In this document: positions 25,709-39,214 of the stretch, in pieces
Layout of the letters: each line of letters opens with the position of its first letter
How positions within the stretch are numbered: position 1 is the stretch's first letter
Origin: Octopus vulgaris
Taxonomy: Eukaryota
DNA: 64,000 nucleotides
Direction of reading: 5' to 3'
NCBI GenBank assembly: GCA_951406725.2
Contig: OX597830.1
Span: 37,200,001 to 37,264,000, forward strand
Program-made: the position numbers and the translations under genes
The notes under the pieces: generated by a model
What the model saw: only the letters and a program-made list of their open reading frames with translations
Told to the model about the DNA's origin: nothing
Database searches by the model: none

Positions 25709-26573
25709 TGAGGTGCGTTCATAATGCATCTGGCTTTTCTTTTTCCTGTCAAAACTAATGCCGCATGGGCAGAATCCTTCGGGTGGGAGGTGATGTCACC
25801 CTTCTTGTGCATGCGGGAAAATGTTCTCGCTGGTAGACTGCGTCAGTACCCGGCTGCTACGCCTAGAGTTCAAACGTGTAGTGTGCACTCGTCGGAATTT
25901 CGTTTCCACCGTACGCAATCAGCAGAGATATTTCATCGAGTTTTGTCAAATGCTTGGTGATACTGAAGCTCAAACCATCCAGAATATTCAGTAAACCTTT
26001 GAAATAATGCTATGGCAACACTCAGATCAACCGCTTCAGACACGGCAGTGGAGTGAGAGGTGTGCTTAGGAAGGCCATCTACAAGGACAATGAGAAGCCG
26101 ATTGAGAAGGCTCAGCGAATAGTCATGGAAGACTGTCGTGTAACAATCCAGGAATTGCTCAAACAAGTGAGAATAAGCACAAGATCAGTGTATTTTGTTT
26201 TAACAGGGGGTTTGTGCAGGCGTAGATTGTCGGTGAAATTAGTTCACAAGGTGCTCGAAGAGCAGCAGAAGTAACTCCATAGGACAATCGCTTAGAACAT
26301 GATGGACTGTGCAAACGACGACTTCATGAAATGTGAGTACAAACTCACACTTCATGAAGACCATCATCACGGATGATTAGGCGCGAGCTTATGGACTCTG
26401 CTCGATGTATTCGTCTATCTAGGTAAAACAGACTGGAACTGACGCAGACTACCCGCGCGAAATTTTCACTCATGCGCAGAAAGAGTGGCATCACTTCCCA
26501 GCCAAAGATTTTGCCCACACGCATTAGTTTTGATGGGAAATAATAAAGTCGAATACATTTTGAACGCACTTTG
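25709..26573 (+). mobile_element. Internally deleted mariner (CGAGG-type ends) with about 150-bp imperfect TIRs
   Basis: 25709-25857 matches the reverse complement of 26430-26573; remnants QRYFIEFCQMLG, IVMEDCRVTIQEL, LSVKLVHKVL, FMKTIITDD. Confidence 0.8.
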
Positions 26574-27602
26574 CATATACATGGAAAGTAATGTTTGATT
26601 GTTGGTGTTATGGACTTAGGTGTGTGTAAATTAAACAAGAACTAAAAGATCAACTTACAATACCCATCGTAAAGAAAATATAGGATATTTACCGCTAATT
26701 ACCTCGTAGGACATATGGTTTCTGTGCATTTTACTTCGTCAGTCACCAGATGGACTTTTAAACCGATCCGCTGAATTTTAAAATAGTAGAATATCCATAA
26801 ATATACTTTTTCACAACTTCTTTGATTAAAGAGAAGTCACGGACAATGAATCATGGAATATTTAATTTATTTCCCCTTTAGAAAACCAACCGCTATTTGT
26901 CGGGGAGAAGCGCCTGGGGAGAAACGTTTCACTTACAACTTCCTCGGGATATGAAATTAGTTACATGCTTATCAAAAGTTTAATGAGGCTTTATTCAGAA
27001 TATACACTAATTGACATTAAGATGTTTTCATATTAGACAAATTTCAATGTTTTCGTTAGATTCCATCTATTTCCAAAAACCGTGTGGCGGATATAGTAGT
27101 GCAATGACCCAAACAACATAGAATATATATATAACACTGTTATCTCATTTGGAGGTTATATAGCTTCTTATGTTTCATTTGATCGATGATATCCTCTACA
27201 CAAAAATTTGCAAAGTTCTGTCAATAATTGAAAACATATTTCAGGTATCAGTGTTATGGATAATATCGGAGGTGAAAATTACAGGCTTGGAAATATTGTA
27301 ATGTTGGTTGTTAAGGCCATTTTTTCGTTTTATGTTTTATAGTAGTTGCCGGTAGTGTTAAGTAGAAAATATAAACTGTCCAAAATGTGGATAATTACAA
27401 AAATATTGAATATTTATATATGATAAAACCCATCATCTGAAGAGACTGATGAACGCCTGCTAGATCAGATCGGTAAAATGTGAAATAAATTGATGTTTTC
27501 GGTTACTGTCCTTCCGAGAAAGAGACTGAGAGAGATGGAGCATGAGAGAGAGAGAGAGAGAGAGAGAGAAAGAAAGATAGGGAAAGGATATATATATATA
27601 TA

Positions 27603-27663
<61 letters not shown>

Positions 27664-27769
27664 TGATCAAAATAAAAACATGATGCCAAGGATTCAGCGG
27701 TACATATGTTTCGGGCCTTTATTAGACAGATTTATAACAATGCATAATGCATGTCTGTGGCCTTCTTCA

Positions 27770-27825
27770 TATATACATATATACATGTATATATACATAT
27801 ATACATGTATATATATGTATGTATG

Positions 27826-27879
<54 letters not shown>

Positions 27880-27900
27880 ATATACATGTATGTATATATA

Positions 27901-27994
<94 letters not shown>

Positions 27995-28010
27995 AACATA
28001 CACACACAGA
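27770..28010. repeat. Long (TA)n/(TG)n microsatellite
   Basis: Read directly. Confidence 0.95.
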
Positions 28011-28149
28011 CATAAAGGATATCGCCTTGAGCATTTACAGAATTGGAACACCATGATGTTACACATATTTCTATATTCTAAAGATGCCACTATATTATTC
28101 TTAAATATTAACTTCTTTTTAAAGGCAAGTATTACTGTTTGTCGGTGAT

Positions 28150-29070
28150 CATTGGGAATGAGACCATTGATAAACTTTTTTGAATTTAAATCACTACTAA
28201 ATTGTATAAATTCAAATATTCCGTTTACAATGGAGTACAGCAAAGAGCAACTCCCATTCCAAAATATTTTGATATGAAAATCCAACAATCAAATTGAAAC
28301 CGATGTCTATTATAAACCAACAGACACGAAGCAATATCTTCTGTTTAATTCATGCCACACGAAACACACCAAATTAAATATTCTCTTTAATTCATAGAAA
28401 ATGACTTGCGCAATAGTGTCTTGTGCAAATTCTCGGCATCTTCGACTAGCTGAGAGACACTATCCATCCTAAATTATAGACGATGGGATCACACGTTCCA
28501 AGAATATAGATATCAAAACGCTTAAGGAAACAAAATGAAATACCAAAACTCATCCCCAAATACTGCCCTATATGTTCACAGACAAGCCTAGAAACCCTAG
28601 ATACATCATTATTCAGACCTACCAATGTTCAGTAGAGTTCCAAAGTTAAAACATATTGTGCGAACACACAAATTAATCCAAAGAAAAAACAAACTAAATT
28701 ACTCAAAAGAATACTGACAAAAAAAAACAATAATTAAAACTACTAACATCGAAATGTAGAACATGTCCCATCCTACTGGAATGTTCGGAATTCCACTTCA
28801 AACGAAGACAGAAATGCACGATTGTGCATCCGCATATTGAATTTATGTGATAACTTGTTTAGGATGTGGACACAACTAAATAGGCCAATCACTTACATGG
28901 AGCACTCCACGGAATAAGGAACACATTTATTTCCCTAAGTATAGACAGATACCATTGAGCGTTAACATAGAGAAATTTGCTAGTGAAAGGAAACAATCTC
29001 TATACAAGAACGACCAAATAAAGAGAACATATTTATTGAAAAATACAAATCTCGCTTGAATATGAACGCC
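28150..29070 (+). pseudogene. Penelope-like (Neptune-type) RT thumb plus GIY-YIG remnant
   Basis: [35 protein letters not shown], linker KCRTCP, YVITCLGCGHN*IGQ. Confidence 0.85.
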
Positions 29071-30196
29071 TAATCAAGTTTGGGTTTATTAAATTCATGA
29101 ACACATAACCAACTTTGTACATATTTTATTTCTTGTTTCGAATAATGATAATCACCAATTGCCTTCCCTTAAAAGCCATTTTGAATATGAAAGTTTAGGT
29201 ATATGAATTGTATCTGATGTCAAGTATTTAATGATCAGCTTCTTGTGAAGTACACATTATCAGGCAGTGTTATTATGGGATAAGTAGAGAAAATTAACAG
29301 AATTTGTAGGAATGGAAAACGTTAATGTAAATATTGTTTGATTAGACCATAGGATATGTTTAGACTGAGCTTCGTAACCATTGTTTATCAACCACTGTAA
29401 TGTGGGTTGATAATTTACCTGCATGATATAGAGAAATGGACAGACAATTGACACTTGTGAGATTATAACTCTGAACTGAATGTCAATTAATGTCAATGAA
29501 ATGCCTACATAAATGGGAAACAACTAACTTTTCTCCGTTTATATTGTTCTATTAGCTACAACAGTAACAATAATCTACTGCCACCCGTCTCCTTAGAACG
29601 GCCCTCGCTCTTTTGTATCTAGAACATGCATCCTAACTCTGAAAAGGTAACTGTGTGTGCCTTCTAGGATAACGGGCATCCTCAATCCGATTGCGCTCAA
29701 ATTTGATATGTAGATACCGACGGTATCAGGGCGTGTATAAGTCTTGAAAAAATTACAAAAATCGATTCCAGGTGCGAATGCGATCGATAAAGCCGTTTTT
29801 GTTCTGCTTTTCTTCCGTCAACCTGTACACAACTGCACCTTCCATTTTTTGTTGCTTTTGCACTGCTTAAAGGCACTTTTTTTCCTGCCAAGCTTACTGT
29901 TTAAACCATGTTTGTGTTCTCCCAGTCAACAGCCTTATCATTACTGGTACTTTAAACTCTTCGGTTGCATATTTGTGTGAATAAAATCATTTTTCTTTGT
30001 AATAGAAAAAAGTCTATCTTTATTTCGGCTTTTGCTGGTGTCTCAAATTTAGGTTAAATCAGTGTTTCTCAAAGGGGAGGCCTATGGTACAGTCGGACAA
30101 GTTGTTTTGAGAAAATTTAGTTTAAATGTTTGACAACTCAGCACCGTCCATTGGACGGGGGGCGTTTTGCTCTTATATATATATATATATTTTTTT

Positions 30197-30596
30197 TCTC
30201 TTTTTACTTGTTTCAGTCATTTGACTGCGGCCATGCTGGAGCACCGCCTTTAATCGAGCAACTCGACCCCGGGACTTATTTTTTTGTAAGCGCAGTACTT
30301 ATTCTATCGGTCTCTTTTGCCGAACCGCTAAGTAACGGGGACATAAACACACCAGCATCGGTTGTCAAGCAATGCTAGGGGGACAAACACAGACACAAAC
30401 ACACACACGCATATATATATATATATACATATATACGACAGGCTTCTTTCAGTTTCCGTCTACCAAATCCACTCACAAGGCTTCGGTCGGCCCGAGGCTA
30501 TAGTAGAAGACACTTGCCCAAGGTGCCACGCAGTGGGACTGAACCCAGAACCATGTGGTTGGTAAACAAGCTACTTACAACACAGCCACTCCTGTG

Positions 30597-30598
<2 letters not shown>
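30197..30598 (-). mobile_element. Full-length CORE-type SINE (family B), young
   Basis: tRNA head, CORE-like GGCACCTTGGGCAAGTGTCTT, internal TA/TG array, LINE-like tail; near-identical to 34095-34500. Confidence 0.9.
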
Positions 30599-30658
<60 letters not shown>

Positions 30659-31852
30659 TACATATATATCGCACGTACATCTATGTTAACTAAAGTTTTC
30701 TAGTGTGTCTAGACGGTAATGTATCATTTCAGTGATCCTTGTAGAAAGGAAAGTCGGTCGAGAGATCCAGTCTGACTTAGATTGTTTCCGTTGTCTCAAG
30801 ACAAAGAAAAAAACAACGAATATTTTGGCTCCAGATCTGCTCTTCTTGAATAGACCTATAGTCAAAGAATTCTCGTAGTAACTGTTCAATGGTGTTAATA
30901 ACACGAAGGATACTATCTGTTCTCTTTCATGTTCAAGACAGTTGTGTGCAGCTTCATGGGGGATTTAGATGATTCTTCTAATAGCTCAAACAGCGACGTA
31001 GATAATTTTCCAGTAGCGCGTCTTTTATTCGATGTGTAGGAAGACGAACGAAGATTTGTAGGGTAATCGCCTGTCATACAGTCACTGTTCTGCAGTTACT
31101 GACAACCACCTGTATGAAATTAATATTGAAAATGTAGGCGAAACCTTGAAGATAATTAAGGCTGAAACTGTTTCATTCAGTTGATTAATCGACTCGGTAC
31201 TACTTGTCGTTGAATATTTCATTTTGAACTGAGTTGCGAATATTTGTCATATACGGAAGTGTTTGTCATTCAAATAAACAGCAGGTGCAAACAATTCCTC
31301 AAATTAAATTTGAGAATTTTGACTGAGAAATATTGGTTGTATAAGTTACGTCGAATGATAAACTAAGTGGATAAATACCTGTTAACTTAATCTTATAGGA
31401 GAAGAATATTTGAAAGAAATAGCAATGCTAAAATAACCAGATTACATTTATGGAAATCGTTAACACGCAGATGGAAAGAGTAAATGAGTCATAACTTTTG
31501 ACATAAGCTCTCAAACGACGTAAATATACATGCATATTTAAGTCACAACAAATGGGATCAACTAATTCGATGGTACTAATAATAAAAGTTCGTTTATGTA
31601 TCAATCTAGAAAACACAGAATATATAGTAACATATAAAAGAAAAACATACGGAGTGTATAAGTTTATAAATGATTACACAAATATAGAATAATGAAATTT
31701 ATTTTACGATTGGCTATTCTTATTTAACAAAGATTAAGTCGCAGCTTAATAAACATGTATAAGTAGTTTATTTTGTTATATTTCATAATAAATGATAAAT
31801 TACTTACATGTCTGTATTTATATAAAAATTATATATATATATATTAATACAT

Positions 31853-32280
31853 ATAGGTTCAGGCGAGGATGTGTGGTAAGAATTTTGCTTACGAACCAAA
31901 TGATTTGGGGTTCAGTCTCACTGCATGGTACATCGAACAAGTAACTCCTACTATAACATCGAGCCGATCAAAGTCTTGTGAGTGGATTTGGTTGACGGAA
32001 ACTAAAAGAAGCTGGTTGTAACTATGTATGTATATATATATTTATATATGTATATCTGTGTATGTATCTTTATGTATGTGTATGTATCTTTGTGTCCCCT
32101 CCCGCAACGCTTGATAACCGGTGTTCGTGTGTTTCTGTCCCTGTAAATTCGGCAAAGTGACTGACAGAATAAAAAAAATTAGGACTGGGGTCGATACATT
32201 CGACTAAACATTCTCCAATGTTGGTCTCAAGCATCGCCGCATCTAATGACAGAAACAAATAGAAAAATAAAAGATAAATA
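31853..32280 (+). mobile_element. Diverged family B SINE
   Basis: Same modular order as 34095-34500. Confidence 0.8.
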
Positions 32281-32382
32281 TATTTGTAGATACGAATATG
32301 GATATATATACATACACACACACACACACACACACATACATATATATGCGCATATGTATATATTTAATGTGTGTATATATAT

Positions 32383-32468
<86 letters not shown>

Positions 32469-32556
32469 CAATCAATATGTTGGAATGAAATCATATATTT
32501 ATTTCAGGTCACATCTTAAAAATCTAGAAATCTTTTCAATTGCTTCAACAAATGCG

Positions 32557-32627
<71 letters not shown>

Positions 32628-32943
32628 TAGCACACAAACACACAAACACACACACATATCTACATAATATTATTTTTATTAAAATGAATATTTATATGTT
32701 CGAAAATGTGTGTCAACTCAACAAGTATCAAGGTAATCCATATTGGTGAAATTCTAACTGAACATATGAAAAAATGTTAGCTGTTAAAAACGCTAACAAA
32801 AAGACTTGTAAAACCAAATCTAACTTTAGACATTCAGTGATTCAAACAAGAGCGACATCAGTAAGTCATTTTTCACACTTTGAAATCTATATAAAATAAG
32901 TAAAAAGAAAACGTAACCTAGAAAAGCAGTATATTTATCTACT

Positions 32944-33295
32944 TTAGGAGCACTCCGTCGGTCGCTACGATGAGGGTCCCAGCTGATACGATCAATGGAA
33001 CAGCCTGCTCGTGATATTAACGTGCAAGTGGCTGAGCACTGCACAGACACGTGTACCCATAACGTAGTTCTCAGGAAGATTCAGCGTGACACACAGAATG
33101 TGACAAGGCTGGCCCTTTGAAATACAGGTACAAGAGAAACAGGAAGAAAGAGCGAGAGAAAGTTGTGGTGAAAGAGTACAGCAGGGTTCACCACCACCCC
33201 CTGCCGGAGCCTCGTGGAGCTTTAGGTGTTTTCGCTCAATAAACACTCACAGGGAATCGAAACCGCGATCCTCCACTGGGCCATTGCTCCTCCAC
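32944..33295 (-). mobile_element. tRNA-derived SINE family C (variant head)
   Basis: 3' half shared with 44086-44411; 12-bp TSD TATTTATCTACT at 32932-32943 and 33296-33307. Confidence 0.85.
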
Positions 33296-34094
33296 TATTT
33301 ATCTACTAAAACTGACATCACTGGATATTTAAAGTACAAAAACTGCAGAAAAAATTTCTATATTAGCCTAATTGATAATTAAATAATAAAACTACAGATA
33401 GTAGGTATATGTAATGATCGATACGAACCTATATACTTTACGTCGCGATAATTAATTATCTATTTATTTATTTATTTATTTATTTAATATAATAAATGCA
33501 TGTTTAGGAATTTACCTTCTTTTATAATAACTGAAGAATTATTATATTTAATACCATATACAACCAACGAGGATCTCACAGGATAATAAATAAACTCATC
33601 ATAGAAAATACAACGAAATATCTTTTTATTCATTGTAATAAACTCTTATATAGGAATTAACCTTATTATATAATAATTGAAAAGTCATTATAATTAATAA
33701 TTATATATAGAATTATTGATGACTACGCTAGATAACAAAAAAAATTTAAAAAACGGGTGACAATTAAATACCTGTTTATTTTTATATGACACCTTTTGAT
33801 TTGAGATAAGATCAGTATATAATAATAGAAATACTCACCTGTGGAACAGGTGGGTATTTTGTTCGTGTTTATGTGCATTGACCTAGTTCTATGACACTAA
33901 TGATAGAAAAAGGGATTACACCTTAATCTTGAAATCAATTGATATCTAATTGAACTGTTTCATGAATATGTTTCGTTTAATTGCACGAGTACGACGCGTA
34001 TTACTATAATAGTGATATGTTAGGTAGTTTTCAGACATTAGCGTCTTCTTCTTGCAAGCAGTTGGACTCGTATACGTACGTGTTCGCCCTTTTT

Positions 34095-34499
34095 AGGAGT
34101 GGTTGTGTGGTAAGTAGCTAGTTTACCAACCACATGGTTCTGGGTTCAGTCCCACTGCGTGGCACCTTGGGCAAGTGTCTTCTACTATAGCCTCGGGCCG
34201 ACCAAAGCCTTGTGAGTGGATTTGGTAGACGGAAACTGAAAGAAGCCCGTCGTATATATGTATATATATATGCGTGTGTGTGTTTGTGTGTCTGTGTTTG
34301 TTCCCCTAGCATTGCTTGACAACCGATGCTGGTGTGTTTATGTCCCCGTTACTTAGCAGTTCGGCAAAAGAGACCGATAGAATAAGTACTGGGCTTACAA
34401 AAGAATAAGTCCCGGGGTCGAGTTGCTCGATTAAAGATGATGCTCCAGCATGGCCGCAGTCAAATGACTGAAACAAGTAAAAGAGTAAAAGAGTAAAAG

Positions 34500-34500
<1 letters not shown>
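34095..34500 (+). mobile_element. Full-length family B SINE, young
   Basis: Same structure as 30197-30598; ends in (GTAAAAGA)3. Confidence 0.9.
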
Positions 34501-34550
<50 letters not shown>

Positions 34551-34992
34551 AACACACAGGCATATATACGAATAATATATATTACATACAGTCATATACA
34601 ATCTTATATATTATATGCAATCTTATAGATAAGTGCATTATAGATGCACTTTTCTTAATCTTATTTATTTAAACAAGTTCGTAACTTTCAATACCTTTTC
34701 TAAGTATTGTATTCTTTTCAGTGAATAAACTTTCTTCAGACTAACACTCTCACCATTTATATCTATTCCGACCCTTGTCACCTAAGCTATCTTCAGCTGC
34801 CAACATTTCACATTTCCATTAAATTCCTGAATACAATGGCATCATTATAGGTGCACAAGTGTCTGTATCCTCTCTGACTCCATTTTCTCTGTCGTGAAAT
34901 AATAAGCGTTTCCATTTCACCTTCAGTTTCTTGCAGTTTCTCTTTTTTCCCACATTCAGTAGTGTACAACATTTAATCTGCATATGTGTTAA

Positions 34993-35047
<55 letters not shown>

Positions 35048-35200
35048 TTCAGTAAAAAGCCCTATATAACTTTATACATACATGCATATCTATAATATTA
35101 TCATCATACAACCATAATAGTCGCTATTGATGTATACTTGCTTCGATATGTGTTTATACTTACACTTATATATGTATAAATCTATCTATCTATACTTATC

Positions 35201-35284
<84 letters not shown>

Positions 35285-36296
35285 TATACATACCCACACA
35301 TCTGTATAATATATGGGTATGTATGCAAATTTTATGGGAAGGGAGAGATGAAACGAAATTATAAAGAATACAATTATGAAACGAAACCTTTGTAGGAACG
35401 AATTTTCGTTTAATGATTACCAGATTTAGAGACAAATCGACAAAGTCTAGAAGAGTTTCGATTTGAAAATTTACAACAAATAGTAAGGTATTAATTTTAT
35501 TATAAACATCAATGTTTTCAACAAATATTTTATATTTAAGAAAAAAACATAACTAAATGAAATATAAAAGAAATCTATTACATCAATTTGACAGTAATAG
35601 TGAATCAATAAAAATAATAACTTTTCCATCTGAAAATTTATTTCGAGGTTTTAGGGTCATTTGCTAATAATTGTATAGAATACTACACGTCAGATTTTTT
35701 GTGAATACAGCGATTCTGCTGAATGGTATTTTTACTGAAACGGTGAACAATCAGTAATTGGATGCTGTCAATCGCTTTCAGATACATATGTCAGATTTAT
35801 TTCATTATTTCATTATTTCATTATTTCATATTATTTTACTTTATATAAATGCGAATGGTGAGAAAGTAAACGTAAAAAAATGGATAATGCTAAGTATATT
35901 TTAAACTCGAAATTCAAAAATAAAATAAAATGACTGCACTTGAAAACGAAAAGTACCGTTTTCTTGGGACGTCTCTGTGCAATATAGTGCTCCAGCTGTC
36001 AAATTTTCAGTGAAGTAATGACAATGTATTGACCTCTTATATAACCTAATAATTCAAGAATTTAAATTATATGCAGAAGCAAGCACTTCAATAATATTAT
36101 CCAAAATACAATCCGTTCAACAAATACATGTACATATATACAAGAAATCAACGGCAACGAATACCATTGTCTCAAACAGGAGAAAGGACGTCAATGAAAT
36201 ATTTTTGGTCTGAAATGTACTCACGCATATACACACATGCATACACATGCACGCACATATATACATGCATACTTTCTCTCACACACACACACACGC

Positions 36297-36331
<35 letters not shown>

Positions 36332-36794
36332 TACACACGGATATATATATATATATATATATGACCAGTAAAAGGAAATGAATTCTTTGTAACGTTTTCT
36401 TAATGGAAAAATGTTTATAGAATTTATTGTAATCAGATTAAAAATAAAGAAAACTATGTTATGCTCACAAATGTATTATGAAAGTAACAAAGTTTTTTCA
36501 TGAAATTGTGAAATATTCGGCAAGTCCTTTCCGGTATTGGCTTTTTAATCGGTACTATGATATCCAAATAAGTCTTAGTCACACATTATTTCTAGGAAAT
36601 ATTTATATGATTTATATCTATGAAGGATCAGGGCTTCAATGCCTCAACACAGACACACAGACACATAGACATACACACATACACACACACACACTCACAC
36701 AGCCACACAGACATACACACATACACACACACACTCACACACACATATATGCAGATATAAATGCCTATGTGTCTGTGTGTCTTTCTGTATATAT

Positions 36795-37264
36795 ATTCTT
36801 TTATTTGTTTCAGTCACTTTGACTTCGGCCATGCCTGAGCAACGCCTTCAGTGGAACAAATCGACCCCAGGATTTATTGTTTGTAAGCCCAGTATTTATT
36901 CTACCGTCTGTTTTGCCGAACCGCTAAGTCATGGGGAAGCAAACACACCAAAATCGGGTGCCAAACGATGGTGGGAGAACGAATACATACATGCAAAACA
37001 CACACACACACACACACACGCACACACACACACGCACACACGCACACACGCACACACACACACACACAAACACACACAAACACACAAATACACACATATA
37101 CGACGGATTTCTTTCAGTTTCCATCTTCCAAATCCACTCACAAGGTTTTGGTGGGCCCGAGGCTATAGTAGAATACACTTGCTCAAGGTGTCACGCAGTG
37201 GGACTGAACCCGGAACCATGTGGCTGGCAAGCAAGCCACTTACCATTTAGCCACTCCTGCGCCT
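36795..37264 (-). mobile_element. Family B SINE with expanded internal (CA)n
   Basis: Aligns with 30197-30598. Confidence 0.85.
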
Positions 37265-37273
37265 ATACATATG

Positions 37274-37333
<60 letters not shown>

Positions 37334-38535
37334 AGTATGTGTGTGTGTGTATTATGTCTACATATAAGTGCATTCCTAATTAGCACTTTATAATCTTGCT
37401 TCGTACCCAGAACAAACATATTAATAGCTAAACGATATATTATGCAAAACGAATAGAAAGACCACCTTTTCACCAATATTGGTAGAATGGGTTTTCACCG
37501 ACATATGATAAAGTTGCAAACCACCAATATTTAGAGAAAAACTTAAGTCCACATGTAAATCAAATTTATCGTGAAATAAGAGACACCATAATCCTTTCAC
37601 CGTAATGTATTCCTCCTTTTTGCTACAATGTTAAATCTAACATTGCAAATCTCTTGAAGCAGGCTCGAAAATATTTTCTCACAAATACTTAAATATTTTT
37701 TCACAAATACTTAAGTATTTTGCATAAATACTTTTCTGATGTATTTAAGAATCAAAACTTAGAAAATAGGTGTTATGAATAACATGTGGCACAATATTAA
37801 AAATGTAACAGAAAAATTTATTTAAGAAACGCAAGTGCTGAGGAATCAAAATAGGTTTTAGGGCAGAACCAGTTTATTCTAAAATTCTCATCATCCTATG
37901 CAATAGGGGAGAAGACTGCAACATCCGAAAAAATTATGTGGCGTTACACAATCCGCAGAAAGGTGCTTCTCTAAGTTAAGGAGTGATTTTTAGAGATCTC
38001 AAAAGTGAGGATTCCATAGATTCTATATAGGTACGTGTGAGAAAAGCTAAAGAGACCGATATTTAAAGTATATTTAGACAACTGAAAAATACAACATATC
38101 AATCCATATATTTTATTCGAAAGATGTCAGGATAACGATACAGGCAACTTCAGTATCATATATGATTTCGTCTATGCCAGTATCGTCTACTTTATTCCAC
38201 ATTCCAGGAACACATTACCTTCTTGTGAAAATTCATGTATGCTTTTGAACATGAAAAATACAAAGCAGAATTACTTAATTAGGAAAGTTTGATTTCTTTC
38301 TGAATTCCTAAATATCATGAGACCGAGTTTATTATTTCCATTCTCGTTAGAATTTTGAAACCAAATTCAACGTGGAAATCTGTATCACTGAAAATATAAA
38401 AACCGAAGGAACTGATAATATACACCAAGGTACATCTGAGAATCTTACAATAACGACGGTAGGATGTTTTTGAATGCCTTACCATAATGAAAAAGAATAA
38501 TACTAAATATAAAAGTTTAGTGTTATATATACATG

Positions 38536-38589
<54 letters not shown>

Positions 38590-38628
38590 GTGTGCGTGTG
38601 CAGGTGTGCGTGTGTGTGTGAATGTGTG

Positions 38629-38670
<42 letters not shown>

Positions 38671-38684
38671 GAAAGTTGAACAGG

Positions 38685-39176
38685 AGTATAAGGAAAATAC
38701 GACAAGGTAGAAAATGCTAAAAAAATTTATCCTGAAGAACATTTTGGTGCCGGTTTCATCCTTTGGAACTTTTTCAAGTTAGAGTAAAGCATGAAAAACA
38801 GTTAAATTGTGGAAAAATTTTATAAAATGTATTTTTTAAAAATACTTTCTTATTTTTCAAATGCAAAATTTATTTTCCTTTTTTCTGTCTGTCTCTCGTT
38901 TTTCTGTTGTGAATGCTTCGTAGTAGATAGTAACTAGTACTACTGCTATCTACTACTTGCTAAGAAGCCTTCACAAGAGAAAAAGGGCACACACAGAAAA
39001 AAGGAAATTTGAAAACTAGGGAAATATTTAAAAAAAATATTTCAATAAATTTTTCCTTAATTTAATTGTTTTTCCTGCTTAACTCTAAGTTGAAAAAGTG
39101 GCAAAGACTGGAACGGGTACCAAAATGTTCTTCATGGTAAGCCTCTTTTAGCATTTTCTACCTTGTCTTATTTTCC

Positions 39177-39178
<2 letters not shown>
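38685..39178. mobile_element. About 500-bp foldback of a Penelope-like pLTR between TA arrays
   Basis: Two diverged inverted arms of about 240 bp centred near 38940; each carries a decayed TTGAAAA-core hammerhead; related to 13997-14230. Confidence 0.78.

Positions 39179-39214
<36 letters not shown>

Noticed and set aside
29560-30050. Weak RTE-like peptide (KKSAFKQCK) on the minus strand
   Set aside because: Too short and degenerate to support a call.
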